Assembly (NCBI GenBank): GCA_040902645.1
Contig: JBBDWW010000005.1
Span: forward strand, 1 to 55,459
Direction of reading: 5' to 3'
DNA from: Dongiaceae bacterium
GTDB taxonomy: Bacteria > Pseudomonadota > Alphaproteobacteria > Dongiales > Dongiaceae
DNA length: 55,459 nt
Numbering within the stretch: position 1 is the stretch's first letter; each line of letters opens with the position of its first letter. Below, one piece after another: positions 28,356-35,669 of this stretch. The notes under the pieces are model-generated. The model was not told the origin of the DNA. It saw only the letters and a program-made list of their open reading frames with translations, and ran no database searches. A program made the translations under genes and the position numbers.

Positions 28356-28997
28356 TCAGGCAGCCCGTTCGAGCTGCGCCGGCAGGCCATGGGCGAGCAC
28401 GGATTCGCGAATACCTGTCGCCTGTTCGATATTGGCGAGAACGTCCCGATTGATCGGGAACCATCCGGCCAATGCTTTGGTGATGCCGATCCGGCGAACC
28501 GCCGTGGTTTGCCGTGGCCGGCAACCGACCCGCGGCAGAATGCGCGCAACGCGAAGGTCATAAACGGTGACCATCTCGTTGATGCCGTTTTCCATGCAGA
28601 ACTCGACCATGCCGTGGAACAGCTCACCGGTGATGCTGTTGATGGCGGCAAGCCCGTCGCGACAGCCCTGCGGCATATCGACCGAGAAGCGGCTGCATTC
28701 CCAGATTCGCGGATGCTGCGGTGCCGGTTGGCCTTCCAGCAGCTCCGGGAACGTATCTTTCAGCATGTAGGGGCCTGTCGTGGGCAACAGACGCCACGAG
28801 CCAACCACTTCTTCCTGGTCGTCGAGTGCCAGCAGATAGACCGGATCGAGCTTGTCGAACTCGTCGCGCTCTTCGCCGTCCTCGACCTCAACGTCCCAGC
28901 CAAGCCGGTCGCGGAACACGCGACAGCGCAGCCGATGCATCTGGCGCAGCAGTTCCGGGTAAAACCGGGCGTTCTGCCGTGTAACAGTGAGGATCAT
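28356..28997 (-). CDS. LuxI-family acyl-homoserine-lactone synthase
   Basis: Lies within the track ORF 28356..29057. ATG 28997 is preceded by GGGGAGG. The sequence MILTVTRQNARFYPELLRQMHRLRCRVFRDRLGWDVEVEDGEERDEFDKLDPVYLLAL...WRLLPTTGPYML...ECSRF closely parallels TraI-type synthases. Confidence 0.9.
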   Translation of the reverse strand: MILTVTRQNARFYPELLRQMHRLRCRVFRDRLGWDVEVEDGEERDEFDKLDPVYLLALDDQEEVVGSWRLLPTTGPYMLKDTFPELLEGQPAPQHPRIWECSRFSVDMPQGCRDGLAAINSITGELFHGMVEFCMENGINEMVTVYDLRVARILPRVGCRPRQTTAVRRIGITKALAGWFPINRDVLANIEQATGIRESVLAHGLPAQLERAA

Positions 28998-29072
28998 GAC
29001 AACCTCCCCAAAGAAAACCTCGGGGGACAACCAATCATGATGCTCCGACTCCCACACCCCGCCAGAACTGGT

Positions 29073-29100
29073 GGGATTTCAGAAATCGACATTTGATCCC
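29073..29100 (-). promoter_or_regulatory. imperfect dyad upstream of luxI (weak candidate LuxR-type operator)
   Basis: The minus strand reads GGGATCAAATGTCGATTTCTGAAATCCC. The outer arms GGGAT/ATCCC are perfect. The inner 18-mer TCAAATGTCGATTTCTGA pairs at 6 of 9 positions about a centre offset by 1 nt. It lies 76 to 103 nt upstream of the luxI ATG. It is not a canonical lux or tra box. Confidence 0.2.
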
Positions 29101-29161
29101 CCGAAGCAGGACCATCGAATCCGTCATCGCGACGAGCCGCCAAGTATCGGTCGCCGGAATC

Positions 29162-29195
29162 AAAAAAACGGGAGCGCCCTAAGAACGTCCCGTTT
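29162..29195 (-). terminator. rho-independent terminator after luxR
   Basis: On the minus strand: AAACGGGA, a 14-nt loop, TCCCGTTT, then TTTTTTT. It begins 30 nt after the luxR stop and separates luxR from luxI. Confidence 0.6.
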
Positions 29196-29224
29196 CGAGT
29201 TTGTTGGATAGCCTCTGGGGCTGT

Positions 29225-29956
29225 TTACGGGACGATAAGGTTGAGTGTGATGGCCTTGACCACGGCATGGTGCTTTGAATGCACGCCCATCTTGTCCATC
29301 ACCGCGCGGAGATAGAAGCGCACGGTATCTTCTGAAAGCTTGAGGATCGCCGCACATTCCCATGTGGTCTTGCCGCGTGCGGTCCAAAGCAGGCAATCGC
29401 GCTCGCGATCGGTCACATGGACGGCGTCGCGATCATCGGCTGTCCGCCACAGCATCAGGGCGCCGTCATGCGCACCCAGAACGACGAGCTGGAGTGCTGA
29501 GCGGATTTCCGGCCATTCCCGGGCAAGCTCCTTCTCGCCGCGATCGAAGCTGGCGCCGAACACGGTGTAACCATTGCCCGGCCCATGAATCGGCATGGTG
29601 ACACCGCTGCGCAGGCCGAAGTCGCGCGCTTCTTGGAACATCTTGCGCCCGCGCCGGGTCATCGAGGGATCGGTTTCGAGCTCGTCCCAGCGAACCGGCC
29701 GCAAACCACCCGACACCGCATGGATTGTCGGATCGGTCGCGACATAGTCCTTGTCGATATAATGGGCGGTCCACTCTTCCGGGTAGGTCGTCATATAGCG
29801 CGGTGCGAAGCAACCTTCGCAGTTCCGGATGACCGTATAGGTCCAGGCGCCCACGCCGATTTCATCGAGCGATCGCGACAACCGCGGCTTCAGGTCGGCC
29901 GGGTCGGTGAGATCCGCGAATTTCTCAATTGAATCAAAGTACTGCTGAACACCCAT
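29225..29956 (-). CDS. LuxR-family AHL-responsive transcription factor
   Basis: Track ORF of 243 aa. The autoinducer-binding signature residues are in the expected order (EEW..HY....Y.ATDP....RPVRW). The C-terminal HTH reads RERDCLLWTARGKTTWECAAILKLSEDTVRFYLRAVMDKMG. Confidence 0.9.
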   Translation of the reverse strand: MGVQQYFDSIEKFADLTDPADLKPRLSRSLDEIGVGAWTYTVIRNCEGCFAPRYMTTYPEEWTAHYIDKDYVATDPTIHAVSGGLRPVRWDELETDPSMTRRGRKMFQEARDFGLRSGVTMPIHGPGNGYTVFGASFDRGEKELAREWPEIRSALQLVVLGAHDGALMLWRTADDRDAVHVTDRERDCLLWTARGKTTWECAAILKLSEDTVRFYLRAVMDKMGVHSKHHAVVKAITLNLIVP

Positions 29957-30111
29957 GTCCCATCCCCGTGCGGCCCTGCGGAGCCCACGATGGTTCGATT
30001 TTGACCGGACATAACTCGAAAATCAATGGCCTATCTCAACCAGTTAACCTAGGCGCCCAAGTGCCGGATCGAGCGTTCCTGGGCCGCCTGGGGTGCCGGA
30101 TAGACCGCCGG

Positions 30112-31248
30112 TCAGCTTTTTTCGCCGAGCGCGATCAGCACTTTCATCTGGAAATCGTGGACCCCGTGCTCGGAAATATCGCTGCGGTCGGCATCGACGA
30201 CGAAACGGCCCTGCCGATAACCGAGCGAATGCAGGCCTTTCTGCACGCTCTCGCAGATCGGGATGTCCTCGAGCCGGACCTCGTGCACGAAATCGATGAC
30301 TTCGCGGTCGGCGGCGCTGGGCGCCTCGTAGGGGAAATACCACTCGCAGCGTTGCACGGATTGCTCCGGACCGATCGGCACATGGTGAAAGACCGTCAGA
30401 TTGCCGCCCGGATAGCTCTCGATCGACCAATTCGGCCATAAAAGCCAGCTTGCGAACTCGCCGGGCCGGTTCGAACCCTCGGTTCGGGTCGAATAGCCGG
30501 TGCTGGCGCCCTTGTCGCGACTGGAATGGCTATGGTGATGCTCGAATGTCACGACCCGGTATGAATCGACATCGAGCGCCCCGCTAACCAGGGTCTGATG
30601 CTGATTGGGGCAGTGATAGCACTCCGAATAATTCTCGACCGAGTTCTTCCAGTTGGCCTTCAGCGGATATTCGTCGCGATGCGCGCATTTGAGCGAGGCC
30701 GCATGCGGCGAGAAGGAGGCGATCTCGGCGGCCAGCGGCCCCGCGACCGTTTCGAAGGGCGGGGCCGACCCGTCGAGATTGACGAACAGGAAGCCGAGGA
30801 AGGATTCGAGCCGGACCGGCTTAAGCCCGAAGGCAGCCGGGTCGAACCCGGCGACCCGGTCGGTACCCCGCGCCTTGCGCAGATTGCCGCCAAGATCGTA
30901 GGTCCAAGTGTGATAAGGGCAGGTGATCGAGGCAGCCGGCAACTGCCCTTCGCCCTCGAGCAGCCGATGCGCCCGATGCTGGCAGACATTGAAGTAAGAT
31001 TTCAGCGCGCCCTCGCGGTCGCGCAGCACGATCACACTCTGATCGACGATTTCGCGCACGATATAGCGGCCCGGCGCCGCGAGCATCGAGACATGCCCGA
31101 CATATTGCCAGGTGCGATAGAAGATCGCGCGCTTCTCGCGCTCGAAGATCTCTGGGTCATGGTAGTAGAAGCCGGGCAGCGTATAGGAACGTGCAGGATC
31201 CCGGTCGATCCGCTGCAGCGCGTCGTGGGCAAGGTTCAAATGGCTCAT
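30112..31248 (-). CDS. Rieske [2Fe-2S] non-heme-iron oxygenase alpha subunit (choline-monooxygenase-like subgroup)
   Basis: Lies within the track ORF 30112..31422. ATG 31248 is preceded by GGGAG. The Rieske motif is CQHRAHRL...CPYHTWTY. The mononuclear-iron motif is ENYSECYHCPNQH. Confidence 0.85.
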   Translation of the reverse strand: MSHLNLAHDALQRIDRDPARSYTLPGFYYHDPEIFEREKRAIFYRTWQYVGHVSMLAAPGRYIVREIVDQSVIVLRDREGALKSYFNVCQHRAHRLLEGEGQLPAASITCPYHTWTYDLGGNLRKARGTDRVAGFDPAAFGLKPVRLESFLGFLFVNLDGSAPPFETVAGPLAAEIASFSPHAASLKCAHRDEYPLKANWKNSVENYSECYHCPNQHQTLVSGALDVDSYRVVTFEHHHSHSSRDKGASTGYSTRTEGSNRPGEFASWLLWPNWSIESYPGGNLTVFHHVPIGPEQSVQRCEWYFPYEAPSAADREVIDFVHEVRLEDIPICESVQKGLHSLGYRQGRFVVDADRSDISEHGVHDFQMKVLIALGEKS

Positions 31249-31409
31249 CGTGGTCGGCTCCCGCATGGTCGCAATGCGGTCCGGGGGTGAAGCGATTGTA
31301 GCGCCTCTTCCGCCCACGGCAAGGCCGCCGACACCCGGATCACGCCGGTTTTGCCCGAATCGCGGCGCGGGCGCTATGGTCGCGGCCCACGGCGCCCTGC
31401 AGGACCGAC

Positions 31410-32399
31410 ATGATCGAGGCAATCGGGCTTTCGAAGCGTTACACGGTCTATCGCAAGGAGGCCGGTTTCGCCGGCAGCCTGCGCGCGTTCTTCCATCGCG
31501 AGCATTACGATGTCGACGCGGTGAGCGATCTCACGGTCCGCATAGGCCCCGGCGAGATCGTCGGGTTTCTCGGCCCGAACGGCGCCGGCAAGACGACCAC
31601 GCTCAAGATGCTGTCGGGACTGCTGCACCCTTCGTCCGGCAGCGTGAGCGTCGCCGGCTATACCCCGAAAGAGCGCGACCGGGAATTCCTGCGCTCGATT
31701 GCGCTTGTCATGGGACAGAAGATGCAGCTGCACTGGGATATCCCGGCGACAGACTTCTTCCTCGTGCTCAAGACGATCTACGATATTTCCAATGCCGATT
31801 ATCGTGCCCGGCTCGACGAACTCGTGGCCATGCTCGATCTCGGCGATCTGGTGAACCGGCCGATACGCCGGCTCTCGCTCGGCGAGCGCATGAAATGCGA
31901 ACTCGCGGCGGCACTCCTGCATCGGCCGCGCATACTTTTTCTCGACGAACCGACGATCGGACTCGATGTGACCGCCCAGGCGGCGATCCGGAATTTCATC
32001 ATCGACTATAACCGTCGCTACGGCGCGACCGTCCTCATCACGTCGCACTATATGGCGGACGTGACGGCGCTGGCGCGGCGTGTCCTGGTCATCGATCTCG
32101 GCCGCTTGGTGTTCGACGGCGATCTGCAGGCGCTGATCGAACGGCACAGTCCGGACAAGATTCTGCGCGTGCAGTTCGCCGAAGAGGTCGCGCCGGAGCG
32201 GCTCGCGCGGTTCGGCACGCTGCGGCAGCTCGACGGGCTCGTCGCCGAGATCGCCGTACCGCGCGCCAACATTGCCCGCCAGGCAGCCGACATTCTGGCG
32301 TCGCTGCCGGTTGCCGATATTGCGATCGAAGAGCCGGCCGTGGAAGACGTGATCCGGACCGTCTTCCGCACCGCCGGTACTGTCGGGAAACCCGTATGA
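31410..32399 (+). CDS. ABC transporter ATP-binding protein (ABC-2 type)
   Basis: Track ORF of 329 aa. It has Walker A (GPNGAGKTT), the signature LSLGERMKCELAAAL and Walker B (LFLDEP). Confidence 0.9.
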   Translation: MIEAIGLSKRYTVYRKEAGFAGSLRAFFHREHYDVDAVSDLTVRIGPGEIVGFLGPNGAGKTTTLKMLSGLLHPSSGSVSVAGYTPKERDREFLRSIALVMGQKMQLHWDIPATDFFLVLKTIYDISNADYRARLDELVAMLDLGDLVNRPIRRLSLGERMKCELAAALLHRPRILFLDEPTIGLDVTAQAAIRNFIIDYNRRYGATVLITSHYMADVTALARRVLVIDLGRLVFDGDLQALIERHSPDKILRVQFAEEVAPERLARFGTLRQLDGLVAEIAVPRANIARQAADILASLPVADIAIEEPAVEDVIRTVFRTAGTVGKPV

Positions 32400-33211
32400 C
32401 ACGGCGCCGCTTGGATCCCTTCCGGCCGTTTCGCCTCGCCCGCGCATTGGTCGCGCACAGCTTCAGCGAGTATGCGGCCTATCGCATGGAGATGGTGTTC
32501 TGGGTCGTGGGTGGCACGCTGCCTTTGTTCATGATGTTTCTCTGGATCGAGTTGGCCGAGCAACAGGCGACTGGCTCGTTTTCCGCCGCCGATTTTGCCG
32601 CGTATTTTCTGCTCGTCTTTCTGATGCGGCATATGACGCCCTTCGTTCCGGTGCCCGATCTTGAGCGCGCGATCCGGCATGGCGAGCTATCCGCACAGTT
32701 GCTGCGCCCGCTCGACCCCTATTGGCCGATGACCGCCTCGCAGTTGATGGACATTCTGCATCGACTGCCGATCACCATACCGGTGGTCATCGTCGGCATG
32801 ATCTGGTCCGGCGCCTGGCAAATAATCGCGTTCGAAGACTGGCCATTCTTTGTCGTCGCGGTCTTCGGTGCGATCCTGTTGCATTACAATCTGCTCTATT
32901 GCGCCGGGCTCGCCGCCTTCTGGATGGAGCGCGTCCGTGGCTTCGAAGGGCTGATGTGGAACGGCTATTTCGTACTGGGCGGCGGGCTTGCGCCGATCGC
33001 GCTTTTTCCCGATGTCGTGCAGCAGGTCGTCGTCTGGTCGCCATTCCGCTACATGATGAGTTTCCCGATCGAGATCGCGATCGGCCGCGTGGCGCCCGCC
33101 GATATGTGGTTCGGCTTCGCGCTCCTGGCCTTCTGGCTGGCGTTCAGCATCGGATTGATGCGCCTGCTTTGGCATCGCGGACTGCGCCGCTATGCGGCGT
33201 ACGGATCGTGA
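32396..33211 (+). CDS. ABC-2 family transporter permease
   Basis: Track ORF of 271 aa, a polytopic protein. It overlaps the ATPase stop by 4 nt. Confidence 0.75.
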   Translation: MTRRRLDPFRPFRLARALVAHSFSEYAAYRMEMVFWVVGGTLPLFMMFLWIELAEQQATGSFSAADFAAYFLLVFLMRHMTPFVPVPDLERAIRHGELSAQLLRPLDPYWPMTASQLMDILHRLPITIPVVIVGMIWSGAWQIIAFEDWPFFVVAVFGAILLHYNLLYCAGLAAFWMERVRGFEGLMWNGYFVLGGGLAPIALFPDVVQQVVVWSPFRYMMSFPIEIAIGRVAPADMWFGFALLAFWLAFSIGLMRLLWHRGLRRYAAYGS

Positions 33212-33993
33212 TGCGCGTCCTGCGCCTGTTGCGGTCGTTCTGGACCAACGCGCTGCAGGTCGAACTCGAGTTTCGGGCCGATCTCCTCATCAATCTGATC
33301 AATGCGCCGTTGATGTTCGGCGCCGGCCTCGCAGTCCTGGCCGCCGTCTTTGCCGAGACGTCGAGCGTCGGCGGCTGGTCGTTCGACGAGGCGGTCGCCG
33401 TGCTCGGCGTCTTTCTGATCGTGGACGGGTTTGTTGGCACGATCCTCAGCCCCAATCTCGGCCGGCTGCCGGAGTATATCCGGCTCGGTAATCTGGATTA
33501 CATGCTGCTCATGCCGGTCGGCAGCCACTTCCAGGTGTCGTTGCGCCATCTCAATCTCTGGGAAGCACCCAATCTGCTGCTAGGCAGCGCTTTGGTTATC
33601 TATTCGATGCTAGCGCTCGACCGCGTCGATCCGGCGACCATCGCGCTTTTCCTGCTGATGCTCACAGCCGGTCTCGCAACGGCTTTCGCGCTCTGGTCGC
33701 TCATCTATACGAGCGCGTTCTGGTTTGTGCGGGTATCCAATCTCGAAGTGATGTTCCGCACGCTGGTCGATGTCGGACGCTTCCCGGTGTCGGCCTTGCC
33801 GCCCTGGCTGCGTCTCCTGCTGACGGCGGTGCTGCCGGTCGCCTTCATCACCAACGTGCCCGCGGCGGCGGTCGCCGGTCGGCTCGATTGGGCGACGGGG
33901 TTGCTCGCTTTGCTGATCGCCGCGGTCGCGCTCGCCGTCAGCTATCTCTTCTGGTGCCGCGCGGTCGCGTCCTACACGAGTGCGAGCAGCTAA
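33211..33993 (+). CDS. ABC-2 family transporter permease (second subunit)
   Basis: Lies within the track ORF 32722..33993. ATG 33211 overlaps the upstream TGA (TGATG). The sequence MRVLRLLRSFWTNALQVELEFRADLLINL... is polytopic. Confidence 0.75.
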   Translation: MRVLRLLRSFWTNALQVELEFRADLLINLINAPLMFGAGLAVLAAVFAETSSVGGWSFDEAVAVLGVFLIVDGFVGTILSPNLGRLPEYIRLGNLDYMLLMPVGSHFQVSLRHLNLWEAPNLLLGSALVIYSMLALDRVDPATIALFLLMLTAGLATAFALWSLIYTSAFWFVRVSNLEVMFRTLVDVGRFPVSALPPWLRLLLTAVLPVAFITNVPAAAVAGRLDWATGLLALLIAAVALAVSYLFWCRAVASYTSASS

Positions 33994-35183
33994 GGCGTCT
34001 GCGAATCCGGTTTGCGGCGCAGGCCCGACCAGCGCGCGAGCGCATAGACAGCCCCGCCGGCGATCAGACCCCAGAACGCGCCGCTGATGCCGAAGAAGGT
34101 CAGCCCCGACGCCGTGACGACAAACGTCACGATGGCGGCCTCGCGGTCTTTCGCCTCGGCAACCGCGCCCATCAGAGCCGAGGCGAATGCGCCGAGCAGG
34201 GCGAGGCCGGCGACCGCCTTGATCAGGATTGGCGGCGATGCCGTGAGAAAAGCCGTCGCCGCACCGGCCATCAGCCCGAACAGGATGTAGACGAAACCCG
34301 CGGTCGCGGCGGCCCACCAGCGTCGCGCCGGATCGGGATGTGCCTCGGGCCCGGCGCACAGCGCTGCGGTTATTGCGGCGAGGTTGATCGCATGACCGCC
34401 GAACGGCGCCGCGAGCAGCGTGAGGATGCCGGTATCGCGGAACAGCGGCCCCGGATCGGGCCGATAGCCGTTGGCGCTCAACACCGCGATGCCGGTCACG
34501 TTCTGCGAGGCCATGGTGACGACGAACAGCGGGAGAGCGATGCCGATCAGCGCCTGCAAGGTGAAATCCGGCACGATCAGGATCGGCTTCGGCCAGAGCG
34601 AACCGAATGCCGACATCGAGATGTCGGTGGTGAATGCGACCATCAGGACGGTGACGACGACGGCGGCCGGCACCGCATAGAGCCGGCGAAAGCGCGCGAC
34701 CAGCGCCCAGACGATGATGATCGGCAAAGCCTGCAACGGCACCTCGGCAACCGCCTGAACCGGCGCCAGGCAAAATCCCAGCAGCACGCCAGCCAGCATC
34801 GCATTCGCGAGGGGCGATGGAATTGCCGTCACCCAGCGGCCGAGCGGTTTCCAGAACCCGGCAATCACGATCAGCGCACCGACGACAAGGAAGGCACCGA
34901 CCGCGGCAGCGAACCCGCCTTCGACCGCGCCGGCCGTCGCCAGCAACGCGGCACCCGGCGTCGACCAGGCGACGCTGATCGGCATGCGCGTGCGAAAACT
35001 GAGCCAGATGCCGCCAACACCCATCGCGATCGACAACGCGATCAGGCCCGACGCCGCCTCGGCAGGGCTCGCACCGACGCCGGCGAGGCCCGGCAACACG
35101 ACGACGGCGCTCGAGAAACCGACAAGGGCTGCGAGCAGCCCGGCGACGACGGCCTGGACGGATAGGCCGCCGTTCATAGGCAA
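33990..35183 (-). CDS. BenE-family benzoate/H+ symporter-like transporter
   Basis: Track ORF of 397 aa. The N-terminus (SVQAVVAGLLAALVGFSSAVVVL...ISVAWSTPGAALL) and the hydrophobic topology resemble BenE. Confidence 0.75.
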   Translation of the reverse strand: MPMNGGLSVQAVVAGLLAALVGFSSAVVVLPGLAGVGASPAEAASGLIALSIAMGVGGIWLSFRTRMPISVAWSTPGAALLATAGAVEGGFAAAVGAFLVVGALIVIAGFWKPLGRWVTAIPSPLANAMLAGVLLGFCLAPVQAVAEVPLQALPIIIVWALVARFRRLYAVPAAVVVTVLMVAFTTDISMSAFGSLWPKPILIVPDFTLQALIGIALPLFVVTMASQNVTGIAVLSANGYRPDPGPLFRDTGILTLLAAPFGGHAINLAAITAALCAGPEAHPDPARRWWAAATAGFVYILFGLMAGAATAFLTASPPILIKAVAGLALLGAFASALMGAVAEAKDREAAIVTFVVTASGLTFFGISGAFWGLIAGGAVYALARWSGLRRKPDSQTP

Positions 35184-35189
35184 CGCAGA

Positions 35190-35666
35190 TCAGGCGCGGC
35201 GCACATGGAGGACGCAGCAGCCATCGTGGCCCGGCTTCCAGGTGTCGATATCGATGGCAAAGCCGGCGCGCTCGAGCGTGCCGTAATCCGCCTCGGCCGC
35301 GATCGAGCAGAACAGCTCGATATCGGCATCCGGCAATCCTGCCTCTTCCCACGCCAGCTTCAGCGGGCAGCGGCGCATGTGCATGCGCAACGCATCGGGG
35401 CCCTCCATGCGCGAATCCGGCTGAAACATCTTTCCGCCGTCCGGCACGCCCGCGAAATCGGCGACGATCCCGTCGAAATTGGCCGGCGCATGGCATTTCA
35501 GCCCGTCGCCCTGGTCCGCGCCCCAGTTGTAGATCGCCTCGCGCAGGATCGCGATCGCGTTCTCGCGGCCGACCTTTTTCTCGGCAGCGCGAAAGATGGC
35601 CGCATAGAGTTTTGCGCGCTGCTTGTTCGACTCTTCCAGCGCACGGTGCATCGTCTCGCCGTCCAT
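35190..35666 (-). CDS. L-2-amino-thiazoline-4-carboxylic acid hydrolase family protein
   Basis: Track ORF of 158 aa. Its Cys-containing pattern (MRRCPLKLAWEEAGL...ELFCSIAAEADYG...CCVLHV) matches my recollection of the ATC-hydrolase family. It starts 3 nt after the upstream stop. Confidence 0.55.
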   Translation of the reverse strand: MDGETMHRALEESNKQRAKLYAAIFRAAEKKVGRENAIAILREAIYNWGADQGDGLKCHAPANFDGIVADFAGVPDGGKMFQPDSRMEGPDALRMHMRRCPLKLAWEEAGLPDADIELFCSIAAEADYGTLERAGFAIDIDTWKPGHDGCCVLHVRRA

Positions 35667-35669
35667 CGC

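Noticed and set aside
28031-28651. 206-aa ORF as listed in the track
   Set aside because: Its first ~110 codons overlap the 3' half of luxI out of frame and look non-coding (Ser/Ala/Trp/Arg-rich). Only the last 95 codons, which have their own RBS, were kept.
28356-28997. Calling the LuxI homologue a CoA-dependent (RpaI/BraI/BjaI-type) synthase because ligase genes follow it
   Set aside because: By eye the N-terminal half aligns far better with acyl-ACP-type TraI (MHRLR..VF..RL.WDV....GEERD.+D) than with BjaI as I remember it. Substrate class cannot be assigned without a phylogeny, so it is kept only as a hypothesis.
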